Shown piece by piece: positions 1-9,710 of a stretch of DNA of 32,000 nt. The position numbers and the translations under genes were made by a program. Origin of the DNA: an uncultured Anaerolineaceae bacterium (GTDB taxonomy: Bacteria > Chloroflexota > Anaerolineae > Anaerolineales > Villigracilaceae). Position 1 is the stretch's first letter. The number at the start of each line of letters is the position of its first letter. The stretch lies in NCBI GenBank assembly GCA_964370815.1, contig CAYJKQ010000001.1:285812-317811 (forward strand). The letters are read 5' to 3'. Under the pieces are notes generated by a model. It saw nothing but the letters and a program-made list of their open reading frames with translations. It made no database searches and was not told the DNA's origin.

Positions 1-1
1 A

Positions 2-808
2 ATAATCACCTGTGCAGGAAATTTCCATGGTCGTACAATCTCCACGATCTCTTTTTCAAGTGAACCATTGTACAGGGATGATTTTGGACCATTTACACCA
101 GGTTTTGTTTCTGTTCCCTACGGGGATGCTGGTGCGATTGCAGAGGTAATAAACCCTAATACTGCTGCAGTTCTATTAGAACCCATCCAGGGTGAAGCAG
201 GAGTCATTATTCCTCCTGATGGATATTTAAGAAAAGTTGCAGCATTATGCAAGGAAAATAATGTGCTGTTTATTGCCGATGAGATCCAAACTGGTCTGGG
301 ACGCACAGGAAAACTTTTTGCCTGCCAACATGAAAATGTACACCCCGATATTACGATAATTGGGAAAGCTCTTTCCGGAGGATTTTATCCAATTTCTGCA
401 ATTGTAGCTGATCAAGCGCTCTTAGGGTTATTTACACCAGGGGAACATGGCTCCACTTTTGGCGGAAATCCTTTGGCGGCTGCAATTGCAAGGGAAGCAA
501 TGAGAGTGTTGTTGGATGAAAAAATGATAGAAAATTCCGCCATTCTAGGTGAATATTTTAAAGACCATTTGTGCGAAATTTCCAGCGGGCATATCGAAGA
601 AATTCGAGGAAAGGGATTGTTCATCGGTGTGGTTTTAAATTCAAACGCAGGTGGAGCTCGGCGTTTTTGTGAAGCACTTCAAAAGCATGGGATATTAGCG
701 AAGGAAACTCATCAAAATATTATCCGCTTTGCACCTCCTTTGATAATCGACAAAGAAATTATCGATTGGGCTTTACCACATATACGTGATGTTTTAAGGA
801 TGAAGTAA
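2..808 (+). CDS. rocD: Ornithine aminotransferase-like class-III PLP aminotransferase, 5' end outside the window
   Basis: The frame is open from nt 2 (IITCAGNFHGRTISTISFSS...), so the ORF-track Met at 68 is internal. Motifs NFHGRT, ADEIQTGLGRTG and STFGGNP are typical of ornithine/acetylornithine aminotransferases. Stop at 806-808. Confidence 0.8.
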   Translation: MITCAGNFHGRTISTISFSSEPLYRDDFGPFTPGFVSVPYGDAGAIAEVINPNTAAVLLEPIQGEAGVIIPPDGYLRKVAALCKENNVLFIADEIQTGLGRTGKLFACQHENVHPDITIIGKALSGGFYPISAIVADQALLGLFTPGEHGSTFGGNPLAAAIAREAMRVLLDEKMIENSAILGEYFKDHLCEISSGHIEEIRGKGLFIGVVLNSNAGGARRFCEALQKHGILAKETHQNIIRFAPPLIIDKEIIDWALPHIRDVLRMK

Positions 809-862
809 TATCCTGGAAATAATTAATTAGTTTTATAAAGAATGGGATGAATGGAGAAAAAA

Positions 863-1963
863 ATGAATATCGGGATACCTAAAGAGCGACGGCCTTTTGA
901 GTACCGGGTGGGACTATCTCCCTCAGGAGTAGAAATTCTCTGTCGAGCAGGAAATACCTGCTTTGTTGAGCATAATGCAGGATTGGGAGCAGGTTTCAGC
1001 GATCTGGAATATGAACATGCAGGTGCACATATAGTTTATCTGATGGAGGAAGTTTTTGGTCGATCAGATCTGCTTGTGAAAGTTCAAAGACCTATTCAGG
1101 ATGAATTGGATTTTTTACGTCCTGGATCAGCCCTGGCAGGATATCTGTTATTGGCATCTGCCAGACAGGATAAGATTGATCATTTATTGAATAAAAAAAT
1201 TACATCCATTGCATTTGAGCAAATTCAACTGGCAGACGGATCATTGCCAGTACTAAGACCTTTTAGTGAAGTTTGCGGGTTGATGACAGCCCAAATCGCT
1301 GCGCGTTTTTTGCAGAGCAATTTAGGAGGAAAGGGAATATTGTTAAGTGGTGTTCCAGGTGTACCTTCTGCTGAAGTTGTCATTATTGGTGCTGGAGTTG
1401 TGGGCACAAATTCTGCCCGGGCTTTCATAGGTTTAGGTGCACAAGTAACAGTATTAGACAATACGATGGATGCCCTTCAAAAGTTGAATGAACGGTTCCC
1501 ATCAGTCGTAACATTGATGGCAACTGATCGAAATATTGAACGTGTTTGTAGTTATGCTGATGTTATTGTGGGTGCGGTATTGAAACCTGGCGAACTCTCA
1601 CCGGTTGTAGTCTCGCGTAGGGTAGTTCAAAAAATGAAGCCTAGATCAGTGATTATTGATGTCAGTATTGATTTGGGTGGATGTTTTGAAACATCTCGAC
1701 CCACCAATCATGAAAATCCAACTTTTATTGAAGAAGGTGTGATTCATTATTGTGTACCGAATATCCCGGGAGTGATTGCAAGAACAGCAACCCACGCCTA
1801 TGCCAATGCGGTCATACCGTATCTCTTGGAACTTGCAACCTTAGGGATTGAAAAAGCAATTGTGGACAACAAGGCTATTGAAACTGCCGTAAATACATAT
1901 CACGGAGAAATCAGGCATTTGAAACGCTTGACAAGCGTAGGAGGTAACCATGGATTGGAATAG
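863..1963 (+). CDS. Alanine dehydrogenase / PNT-family NAD(P)-dependent dehydrogenase
   Basis: The N-terminus MNIGIPKERRPFEYRVGLSP resembles the alanine dehydrogenase MIIGVPKE..ENRV motif. A Rossmann GxGxxG is present (VIIGAGVVGTN). GGAG at 853-856 sits 6 nt before the ATG at 863, so 863 is preferred over the track start at 851. Confidence 0.7.
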   Translation: MNIGIPKERRPFEYRVGLSPSGVEILCRAGNTCFVEHNAGLGAGFSDLEYEHAGAHIVYLMEEVFGRSDLLVKVQRPIQDELDFLRPGSALAGYLLLASARQDKIDHLLNKKITSIAFEQIQLADGSLPVLRPFSEVCGLMTAQIAARFLQSNLGGKGILLSGVPGVPSAEVVIIGAGVVGTNSARAFIGLGAQVTVLDNTMDALQKLNERFPSVVTLMATDRNIERVCSYADVIVGAVLKPGELSPVVVSRRVVQKMKPRSVIIDVSIDLGGCFETSRPTNHENPTFIEEGVIHYCVPNIPGVIARTATHAYANAVIPYLLELATLGIEKAIVDNKAIETAVNTYHGEIRHLKRLTSVGGNHGLE

Positions 1964-3260
1964 TCAATACCAGTCACGCATTGTTACTCCAGAAGAAGCT
2001 GTCATGGCGATCACCTCGGGTAACCGGTTATTCATGACAGGAAATGTTTCTGTCCCACAAACAATTCTAGCTGCATTAGTGAAATATGCACCGAACTTAC
2101 AAAATGTAGAAATTTGTCAGGCTTTGACAATCGGTTCGGCGGATTATGTATCACCAGATATGGAAGGACATTTAAAGGTAAATACATTTTTCATCAGTGC
2201 GAATATTCGAAAAGCAGTTCACGATGGGCGAGCTGATTTTTCTCCGGTATTTTTATCTGAATTTCCTTTACTATTTAAACATAGTATTTTGCCGATTGAT
2301 GTTGCCATAATCCATGTATCCCCACCAGACGAGCATGGTTTTTGTAGTTTGGGAGTTGAAGTCGGACTCACAAAATCACCGGCTGAATCTGCAAAAATCA
2401 TTATTGCAGAAGTCAACGAGAAAATGCCGCGTACATTAGGAGATTCTTTTATCCATGTCAGTCGATTAAACTTTATGGTTCCGGTTGATTATCCTATTCC
2501 GGAAATGCCAATGAGTGAAGATGGACCTTCTGAAATAGTTGAAAAGATTGCAGGGTATATTGCTGAAATGATACCAGATGGTGCTACCATGCAACTGGGA
2601 ATCGGTGCAATCCCAGATGCGGTATTAAAATACTTGTATCATAAAAAAGATCTTGGAGTTCATTCAGAATTATTTTCGGATGGTGTGATTGGATTGGTAG
2701 AGGCTGGTGTAATTACGAACTCACGTAAAACACTGCATCCTGGAAAAATAGTAGCTGGGTTTGTCTTGGGTACAACAAGGCTTTACAATTGGATAGATGA
2801 TAATCCCCTGATTGAACTTCACCGGACAGAATATGTCAACGACCCCTTTGTTATTTCGCAAAACGAAAAAATGGTGGCGATTAATTCCGCCATTGAAGTT
2901 GACCTCACAGGTCAGGTTTGTTCGGACAGTATAGGACCAAAGCTCTATAGTGGGGTGGGTGGTCAGTTGGATTTCATATATGGAGCATCACGGTCCAAAG
3001 GTGGTGTACCAATAATTGCTTTACCAAGTGATACGGTATTGCGCGATGGAACCCGTATCAGTCGGATTGCATCCATGCTAAAGCAAGGTGCAGGAGTAGT
3101 TACTTCCCGAAATCATGTGCGCTACATTGTTACAGAATATGGTGTAGCAGATCTATACGGAAAAACAATTCGACAACGTGCTATGTCTCTTATCAATATT
3201 GCCCATCCGGACTTTAGACCTGAACTTGAAAAAGAAGCAGGAGTGTTAAACTACATTTAA
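1950..3260 (+). CDS. Acetyl-CoA hydrolase/transferase family protein (4-hydroxybutyrate / succinyl CoA-transferase-like)
   Basis: 436 aa with family-typical segments (SHGFCSLG-like HGFCSLGVEV, GIGAIPDAV, EVDLTGQV, GVGGQLDF). AGGAGG at 1939-1944 lies 5 nt upstream of the ATG. It overlaps the upstream gene by 14 nt. Confidence 0.75.
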   Translation: MDWNSQYQSRIVTPEEAVMAITSGNRLFMTGNVSVPQTILAALVKYAPNLQNVEICQALTIGSADYVSPDMEGHLKVNTFFISANIRKAVHDGRADFSPVFLSEFPLLFKHSILPIDVAIIHVSPPDEHGFCSLGVEVGLTKSPAESAKIIIAEVNEKMPRTLGDSFIHVSRLNFMVPVDYPIPEMPMSEDGPSEIVEKIAGYIAEMIPDGATMQLGIGAIPDAVLKYLYHKKDLGVHSELFSDGVIGLVEAGVITNSRKTLHPGKIVAGFVLGTTRLYNWIDDNPLIELHRTEYVNDPFVISQNEKMVAINSAIEVDLTGQVCSDSIGPKLYSGVGGQLDFIYGASRSKGGVPIIALPSDTVLRDGTRISRIASMLKQGAGVVTSRNHVRYIVTEYGVADLYGKTIRQRAMSLINIAHPDFRPELEKEAGVLNYI

Positions 3261-3280
3261 GGTAGGATTTAAAAGTAATA

Positions 3281-4702
3281 ATGCGGAAATGTAAAATTGT
3301 AGCAACAATAGGACCTGCCTCTCAAGATTATGATTCGCTTGAGCAGTTAATTCACGCTGGCATGAATATCGTTCGATTAAATTTTTCACATGGTTCACAA
3401 GGAGACCACCTAGCTGTAATTATTAAAACAAGAGAATTATCTATGAAATTAGGTTCTCCTGTAGGTATTCTACAAGATCTACAAGGTCCTAAACTGCGCA
3501 TAGGCATCCTGAACACTCCCATTTTTCTTGAAAAAGACCAAATTATGAAGTTGGTCCCGCAAAGATACCTAAAAATGAATAGCCAAGAAATACCTATCGA
3601 TATTCCTGAGTTGTATCAAACAATTAAAAAAGGGGATAAGATTCTGATGAATGATGGCAACATCTATCTTGAAGTTCTTAGTTCATCAGACGAAGCTATA
3701 ACTACTCGGGTTATTGATGGTGGGAACCTTTCCTCCATGCAGGGTATAAATTTACCAGGTATTGCATTGGATATTCCTGCTGTGACAGAAAAAGATGAGG
3801 ACGATCTAGCCTTCGGTTTATCCATGGGTGTTGATGCTGTAGCGATATCTTTTATAAGAAATGCAAAAGATGTTATTCGAGTTCGCCAACTAATCAAGAA
3901 AATTTCGAAAGACCAGAATCCATTGTTGATCGCAAAATTGGAAAAGCCTGAAGCGTTGAAGAATCTTGAAGAAATCATAGAAGTATCAGATGGCGTTATG
4001 GTAGCACGAGGAGATTTGGGGGTGGAGATGGATCTTGAAGATGTACCGGTAGCACAAAAAAGGATCATAAGAACCGCCAATAATAAGAATAAAATAGTGA
4101 TCACTGCTACCCAGATGCTTGAGTCAATGATTTATGAATCAAATCCGACTCGAGCTGAAGCATCAGATGTTGCCAATGCAATATTTGATGGCTCAGATAT
4201 GGTTATGTTATCAGGGGAAACAGCCATAGGAAAATACCCGGTTGAAACTGTATCTGCAATGGATCGGATTATCCGTCGTTCAGAAGCAGCCTATCAAGAA
4301 TGGGGTCATATACAAGAGAATCAGAGTTCAAATTATTATGATGGGATTGCAATTGTGAAGGCAGCTCGTGAATTGGCTAATGCAAAGGATGTGACTGCTA
4401 TTGCTGTTTTTACGCGTTCTGGACAAACTGCTAATCTTATGGCAAAAATGAGACCACTTGCGCCGATTGTAGCCTTCACGCCAGAGGAAAGAATATACCA
4501 GCAACTTTCATTATTATGGGGTGTTTTCCCCCGAAAAGTTCCATTAGTAAGTACTGTGGAAGAATTGATCAGTTGTGTAGAGATCGAATTAATTTCATCT
4601 GGATTAATTTTACCCGGTCAGCAGGTCGTTTTGGTTTTTGGTTATCCGGTAGGATCGAAGGTCCCGCCGAATATGGTATTTTTGCATAAAATAGAAAATT
4701 GA
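3281..4702 (+). CDS. pyk: Pyruvate kinase
   Basis: 473 aa. Contains RKCKIVATIGPAS, MNIVRLNFSHG, GDLGVE, MLSGETA and a C-terminal regulatory domain, the canonical pyruvate kinase layout. Confidence 0.92.
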   Translation: MRKCKIVATIGPASQDYDSLEQLIHAGMNIVRLNFSHGSQGDHLAVIIKTRELSMKLGSPVGILQDLQGPKLRIGILNTPIFLEKDQIMKLVPQRYLKMNSQEIPIDIPELYQTIKKGDKILMNDGNIYLEVLSSSDEAITTRVIDGGNLSSMQGINLPGIALDIPAVTEKDEDDLAFGLSMGVDAVAISFIRNAKDVIRVRQLIKKISKDQNPLLIAKLEKPEALKNLEEIIEVSDGVMVARGDLGVEMDLEDVPVAQKRIIRTANNKNKIVITATQMLESMIYESNPTRAEASDVANAIFDGSDMVMLSGETAIGKYPVETVSAMDRIIRRSEAAYQEWGHIQENQSSNYYDGIAIVKAARELANAKDVTAIAVFTRSGQTANLMAKMRPLAPIVAFTPEERIYQQLSLLWGVFPRKVPLVSTVEELISCVEIELISSGLILPGQQVVLVFGYPVGSKVPPNMVFLHKIEN

Positions 4703-4726
4703 TAATATCCAAAATCATTGTATAGG

Positions 4727-4760
4727 AAAAAGAGCGAGGAATTTTCCTCGCTCTTTTTTA
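4727..4760. terminator. Bidirectional rho-independent terminator between convergent pyk and korB
   Basis: AAAAAGAGCGAGGA (4727-4740), loop ATTT, then TCCTCGCTCTTTTT (4745-4758). The 14-bp inverted repeat is perfect, with a GC-rich 9-bp core, an A-run on the left and a T-run on the right, so it reads as hairpin plus U-tract on both strands. Confidence 0.8.
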
Positions 4761-4770
4761 TGAAGAAAGT

Positions 4771-5808
4771 CTACAACATATCTTCGTTTATTTGAGAAAG
4801 CGTTTCTGGCGCAGGTCGTAAATCTTTATCAATTAATCTATTAAGTGGTGCAGCGGGTAGATTGTATCTTTCAATTAAAGATGGTCTATCACATTCAATA
4901 TAAATCAACCCGGTTACAAGCAAATTGTTCTGTTGCGATTCTTCGAGCATGCGGAGAGCTTGCCATCTGTCTGTGGGGTCGTATTCTTTTTCAAGTTTTT
5001 TCAGCATTATCATATTTCCATCATGGAGGCAAACTTCAGTTACAGTTCCGGGCAAAATATCGTCAGCCAGCAGAATTTCATCAAGTATTGGAACGAAGGA
5101 TATCTCGTGAAGAGGCGCTTCATGATCTTTTCCCCATGTATAGGAATGAAATGCATTTACCTCGTTATTAAATGTTACACAAGGGCTGATTACATCTAAT
5201 ATCGCAACACCATTATGATTTAGAGCAGCTTTGATCAATTCTTTAACTTGTTTGGCATCACCGGCAAAGGAACGTGCTACAAATGTTGCGTTTGAAATTA
5301 TTGCCTCCATGCAAATATCTACTGGCATGTATGGATTTGTCCCTTGATGCTTAAGGTTTAATCCGACTTCGGCAGTGGCAGAAAATTGACCTTTTGTTAA
5401 TCCATAAACCCCGTTATTTTCAACTATATAGACCATGGGAGTATTTCTACGCATCATGTGTTTGAACCCACTCATACCAATTGAGGCAGTATCTCCATCC
5501 CCCGATATTCCGAGGGCTTTCAAGCTGGTATCGGCAAAAATAGCCCCGGTAACAAGAGGAGCCATTCGTCCGTGCAGGCTATTAAAACCAAAAGAGCGGT
5601 TCAGAAAATAAGCTGGGCTCTTACTGGAGCAGCCAATACCGCTGAATTTTAAAATCTCTTCAGGCACGATTCCCAATTCATAACAAGCAGAAATGATCTG
5701 GTTGGAGATCGAGTTATGACCGCACCCTTGGCATAAACTGGACGGGAGACCTTTATAATCGTTCTTAGTTAATCCGATCTGGTTTGTGTTTGAAACCGTT
5801 GTGACCAT
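4771..5808 (-). CDS. korB: 2-oxoacid:ferredoxin oxidoreductase, beta (TPP-binding) subunit
   Basis: Contains CQGCGH and GDGD..IG TPP-binding motifs, typical of KorB/OFOR beta. The ATG at 5808 (MVTTVSN...) has GGAGG about 9 nt upstream and lies 1 nt after the korA stop, so the track start at 5841 is probably too long. Confidence 0.8.
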   Translation of the reverse strand: MVTTVSNTNQIGLTKNDYKGLPSSLCQGCGHNSISNQIISACYELGIVPEEILKFSGIGCSSKSPAYFLNRSFGFNSLHGRMAPLVTGAIFADTSLKALGISGDGDTASIGMSGFKHMMRRNTPMVYIVENNGVYGLTKGQFSATAEVGLNLKHQGTNPYMPVDICMEAIISNATFVARSFAGDAKQVKELIKAALNHNGVAILDVISPCVTFNNEVNAFHSYTWGKDHEAPLHEISFVPILDEILLADDILPGTVTEVCLHDGNMIMLKKLEKEYDPTDRWQALRMLEESQQNNLLVTGLIYIECDRPSLIERYNLPAAPLNRLIDKDLRPAPETLSQINEDML

Positions 5809-5809
5809 G

Positions 5810-7606
5810 TTATATAGCCTCCAATGCCTTGATTCTGTCACTTACCCAGCGAGCAGATAATGACAGACCGTTATCTTTACAGATTGATCGAAATTTTATT
5901 GCTTGATCTGGCATATTAATGGTTATTAATTGGTTTAATTGCCCATCATGATTAGTTTCAACGATATAAACTCTCTCATGGATATGGACAAAACTGGTTA
6001 CTTCGTCTGTGAAGGGTAAAGCTCTTATTCGAAGATAATCACTTGTTAATCCGTTCTTTTTCAGGATTGTTCGTGCTTCGTAAACAGCAGGCTCATTTGA
6101 TCCGAAAGTGATGATCCCGATATTTGAATTTTCCGAGTTATCAACGATTGGTTTAGGGACAACTGAGCGAGCTGTTTTGTATTTAAGCTTTATTCTATCC
6201 ATGTTAGTTTCCCAAACATCTGGATCCTCGCTGTAAACTGCATTCTCGTTATGACCAGTACCACGTGAAAAATATCCAGCTTTGGGATGTCGATTACCAG
6301 CCACAGTTCTATAGGGAATTCCATCTCCATCAATATCACGATACCGTCCCCAATTTTTGTAATCGTTCTCCAAATCTGCTTCCCATAAAATTTTACCGCG
6401 ATCCAGGGGTTTATTCGGATATTTAAAGGCTTCGGTCATCCATTGATTCATACCTAGGTCAAGATCACTCAGTACAAATATTGGAGTTTGAAGATGTTCA
6501 GCTAGATCCAATGCCATACCCCCGAATTCAAAACACTCGTTTACTGAGCCGGGCAATAGAATTACATGCTGTGTGTCACCATGCCCCATAAAGTATGTAA
6601 AGGTTAAATCACCCTGTGACGTTCGAGTTGGTAACCCTGTACTTGGTCCAATGCGTTGAACATCCCAAACGACAATTGGAACTTCCGCAAAATAAGCCAA
6701 TCCAGCAAATTCAGTCATCAGGCTCAAGCCAGGTCCAGACGTGGAAGTCATTGAGCGCAAACCTGCCCAACCTGCGCCAACTGCCATTCCAATTGCAGAT
6801 AATTCATCTTCTGCCTGAATAACTGCATAAGTATTTTCACCTTCAGCGTTTTTCCTAAGTTTAGGAAGATATTCGTTCAGCGATTCGGCCAGGCTGGTAG
6901 CAGGGGTAATGGGATACCAGGCTGCAAATTGCACGCCACCATAAATGGCACCTAACGCTGCTGCAGTATTACCATCAGACATGATCAACCCATTGGTCTT
7001 ATCCATTGGTTCAACCCGATAAGGATCTGATTTCGTGAGGTTTGTGGCAGCCCATTCAGCTGCAGCTTTAACCATGTTGATATTCGATTCAATCGGTTTG
7101 GGTTTGCCTTTAAAATGAAAATCAAGAGCTGAGTGTAGTTTTTCAATATCAATACCTATTATGTGCGCCAGAATTCCAACATAAACCATGTTCGCAATAT
7201 AATCACGAAGCGCTGGTGATACATCCGCGGTTTTAACCAATTGTTTGATAGGCATGGGGTAAACCGAGATATCTGTGCGGTTAATTGGGCTACTTATGTC
7301 ATCTGTATAAAAAAAGGCACCCCCTGGAACCACACTTGCAAGATCTTTTACAAAAGAAGCTTGATTCATACAGACAACAATTTCATGCTCATCACGGCGT
7401 GCAGTATATCCTTCTTTACTAACCCGGATGGTATACCACGTTGGCAGACCTTGGATATTTGAAGGAAAAAGGTTTTTTCCAGATACTGGTATTCCCATTT
7501 TAAATAAGGCGCGTAACAAAGTAGTGTTTGCAGTTTGACTGCCCGACCCATTGACGGTAGCAATAGTGATGCAAAAATCATTAATTATCTTTTTTTGGTC
7601 TAGCAT
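5810..7606 (-). CDS. korA: 2-oxoacid:ferredoxin oxidoreductase, alpha subunit (fused gamma-like and alpha domains)
   Basis: 598 aa. The N-terminal gamma-type domain (ATVNGSGSQTANTTL) is followed by an alpha domain (YPITPATS, IQAEDELSAIGMAVGA). AAGGAG lies about 7 nt upstream of the ATG at 7606. No delta ferredoxin subunit is present, i.e. the two-subunit KorAB type. Confidence 0.8.
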   Translation of the reverse strand: MLDQKKIINDFCITIATVNGSGSQTANTTLLRALFKMGIPVSGKNLFPSNIQGLPTWYTIRVSKEGYTARRDEHEIVVCMNQASFVKDLASVVPGGAFFYTDDISSPINRTDISVYPMPIKQLVKTADVSPALRDYIANMVYVGILAHIIGIDIEKLHSALDFHFKGKPKPIESNINMVKAAAEWAATNLTKSDPYRVEPMDKTNGLIMSDGNTAAALGAIYGGVQFAAWYPITPATSLAESLNEYLPKLRKNAEGENTYAVIQAEDELSAIGMAVGAGWAGLRSMTSTSGPGLSLMTEFAGLAYFAEVPIVVWDVQRIGPSTGLPTRTSQGDLTFTYFMGHGDTQHVILLPGSVNECFEFGGMALDLAEHLQTPIFVLSDLDLGMNQWMTEAFKYPNKPLDRGKILWEADLENDYKNWGRYRDIDGDGIPYRTVAGNRHPKAGYFSRGTGHNENAVYSEDPDVWETNMDRIKLKYKTARSVVPKPIVDNSENSNIGIITFGSNEPAVYEARTILKKNGLTSDYLRIRALPFTDEVTSFVHIHERVYIVETNHDGQLNQLITINMPDQAIKFRSICKDNGLSLSARWVSDRIKALEAI

Positions 7607-7643
7607 AAATCACTCCTTCTTCCTTTTGTAGGGAAGATATTTA

Positions 7644-8336
7644 TTAAGTTTCATCCTGATTTTTTGGACGGTGGAATATGAGATCAGTATGATCCAGAAG
7701 AAGGCGATACCCTAAGTCAAAATCATTGCTGCAAATTGCATTTACTATTCGACGATGGAATTGCCAGACTTCTTGAAGATAGGTTAACCCTGTATATACA
7801 TTTAACCCAATGGTTTCATATGCATCCCAATAAACATCCAAAAGTCCATAAACAAATTCGTTATTAAGTCGTTTATAAATGGTTAAATGTAATTCCCGGT
7901 GTTCAGCATGAGGAATTTGAATGGGGTCACCGTTGAGTTTATTATTCGCGCGTTCAATCAGTGAGTTTAGAAAAACGAGATCATCCTTGGTAAGTTTAGC
8001 AACTGCTTCGTACCAGTATGCCTCTTCAATATGCTTGCGGAGGTCAGCAAATTCCTCAAAGTGGGAGATATCATTCGCGAGAGCATATGCCAAACTTAGG
8101 TGAACGGCAGGAGAAAATTTATAAGGTAATTTCTGAATCCCTTTCCTTGGCCGAACTTCAACCAACCCGAGTGCTCTGGCAACTTCTAACTGCTCCCGGA
8201 GGCTGGCGACACTAATGTTAAGGGTTTTGCTGAGCTGGGACAGAGAAGGCAAACTCTGAGAACCTTCTTGGTCATGAATAGCAAGAAACTTGGCAAAACT
8301 GGATAACGGGTCAAATGGTTTGATATCTTGTATCAT
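7644..8336 (-). CDS. GntR-family transcriptional regulator, FadR/FCD subfamily
   Basis: 230 aa. The N-terminal winged HTH (LPSLSQLSKTLNISVASLREQLEVARALGLVEVRPRKG) is followed by an all-helical FCD-like C-terminal domain. It lies 37 nt upstream of korA on the same strand. Confidence 0.8.
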   Translation of the reverse strand: MIQDIKPFDPLSSFAKFLAIHDQEGSQSLPSLSQLSKTLNISVASLREQLEVARALGLVEVRPRKGIQKLPYKFSPAVHLSLAYALANDISHFEEFADLRKHIEEAYWYEAVAKLTKDDLVFLNSLIERANNKLNGDPIQIPHAEHRELHLTIYKRLNNEFVYGLLDVYWDAYETIGLNVYTGLTYLQEVWQFHRRIVNAICSNDFDLGYRLLLDHTDLIFHRPKNQDET

Positions 8337-8344
8337 GGTAATCT

Positions 8345-8362
8345 TGATTAATCAGATTAATC
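8345..8362. promoter_or_regulatory. Candidate operator: two tandem self-complementary octamers GATTAATC-A-GATTAATC
   Basis: GATTAATC occurs at 8346-8353 and 8355-8362, and each copy is its own reverse complement. TGATTAATCA (8345-8354) is a 10-bp palindrome. The site lies 9-26 nt upstream of the regulator ATG (8336), downstream of a possible extended -10 (TGGTAAAAT on the minus strand). Confidence 0.3.
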
Positions 8363-8500
8363 TATTTTACCATTAAAAATGTCGGATTAGGATAATTCTG
8401 ATGGGAAATTTAATAAAATATGGAGGATTGCTTCAATTGTTTACTGGTCGTAAGAAATAATTAGAGATGTAAAATTCATCTGCAAATTGGTAGCAAAGCG

Positions 8501-9694
8501 CTAACTTAACGGGTTATTGAGTAAATCCATAGCGGAAGCTGTCATGATAGCAACTGCTTGGGGTAATGCTTCCTCGTCAAAATCAAAGAGGGGATGATGA
8601 TGACTTGCGTCTAGTTTCTTTTCACTATTTGCAGATCCGATAAAGAAAAAACATCCCGGTACTAATTCCATCATAAAAGCCATATCCTCTGATCCCATGG
8701 TTATGTAATTGTTATTCTCCACATCGGCAGATGGGTAAAGGGTCTGAGCTATCTTTATAATTCTATCCGTAATACCAGAATTATTGATTACGGCTGGTGT
8801 GAGTCGATTCAATTCAATCTCTGCCTGGCAACCCATTGTCTCTGCCATTCCATACACAATAACCTCAAAACGTTCAAGCACTTTGTCGCGTACTTCCAGA
8901 TCGAAAGTACGAATAGTGCCAGCCAGCAACACTTCTTGTGGAATAATATTAAAAGCTTCGCCACCATTAATCGTACAAACGCTCACAACTGCAGATTTTA
9001 ACGGTGGAATATTACGTGAAGTAATGCTTTGCAGTGCATTAATTATTTGGGCAGAAGCCAGAATGGGATCAACCGCCAAATGTGGTGCTGCTCCATGACC
9101 ACCTTTTCCTCGAATCTTAATTTTAAATATTTCTGCTCCTGCCATGGAAGCACCCTGGGAGATACCGATCCAACCGACAGGTTTATCATTCCAAAGATGT
9201 AATGCCAGAGTGAAATCGGGAACTGGGTTTTTTAGAACACCGTCGATAAGCATGCGCTCTGCTCCACCAAGGCCTTCTTCAGCAGGTTGAAAAACGAATT
9301 TAACGACACCAGGCATTTCACCTTGATGGGTACGTAAGATCTTTGCAACTGATAGTAAAATTGCTGAATGGCCATCGTGACCGCAGGCATGCATAACTCC
9401 AGGGACAATAGATGCATATTCTGCATTGGTTTCTTCTTGTAGGGGTAAGGCATCCATATCTGCTCTAATAAGCAAGACCGGTCCTGGTTTGCCCCCTTTC
9501 AATAGAGCAACGACTCCTGTTTCTGCAATTCCTGAATGAACTTCCAAACCAAGATCAGTTAATTCACGAGCTATTATTTCAGAAGTACGTTTTTCACGAA
9601 AACCTAATTCTGGGTGCATATGAAAATCTCTTCGCAACGATTGTGTATATGGAAACAGCAGTTGAGCTTCTTTAATGTAGTCGATCATGTTCAT
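8501..9694 (-). CDS. M20-family amidohydrolase (N-acyl-amino-acid / hippurate hydrolase-like)
   Basis: Contains HMHPELGF, MHACGHDGH and a dimerisation-domain layout typical of the M20D amidohydrolase family. The second ATG at 9688 has better spacing (6 nt) to the GGAG at 9695-9698 and may be the real start. Confidence 0.8.
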   Translation of the reverse strand: MNMIDYIKEAQLLFPYTQSLRRDFHMHPELGFREKRTSEIIARELTDLGLEVHSGIAETGVVALLKGGKPGPVLLIRADMDALPLQEETNAEYASIVPGVMHACGHDGHSAILLSVAKILRTHQGEMPGVVKFVFQPAEEGLGGAERMLIDGVLKNPVPDFTLALHLWNDKPVGWIGISQGASMAGAEIFKIKIRGKGGHGAAPHLAVDPILASAQIINALQSITSRNIPPLKSAVVSVCTINGGEAFNIIPQEVLLAGTIRTFDLEVRDKVLERFEVIVYGMAETMGCQAEIELNRLTPAVINNSGITDRIIKIAQTLYPSADVENNNYITMGSEDMAFMMELVPGCFFFIGSANSEKKLDASHHHPLFDFDEEALPQAVAIMTASAMDLLNNPLS

Positions 9695-9710
9695 CTCCTG
9701 TCAAATTAAG

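Noticed and set aside
3664-4104. 146-aa ORF antisense to pyk
   Set aside because: It lies entirely inside a confidently identified gene on the opposite strand. Its composition is low-complexity and Ser/Ile-rich, as is typical of shadow ORFs.
5309-5318. ATGCAAATAT half-site inside korB as a regulator binding site
   Set aside because: It lies in coding sequence, where it encodes part of a conserved segment (DICMEA) and is explained by codon constraints. No partner half-site is present.
8466-8490. Weak hairpin (AGATG-7 nt-CATCT on the minus strand) after the M20 gene as a terminator
   Set aside because: The stem is only 5 bp and the tail is modestly T-rich. This is insufficient to call.
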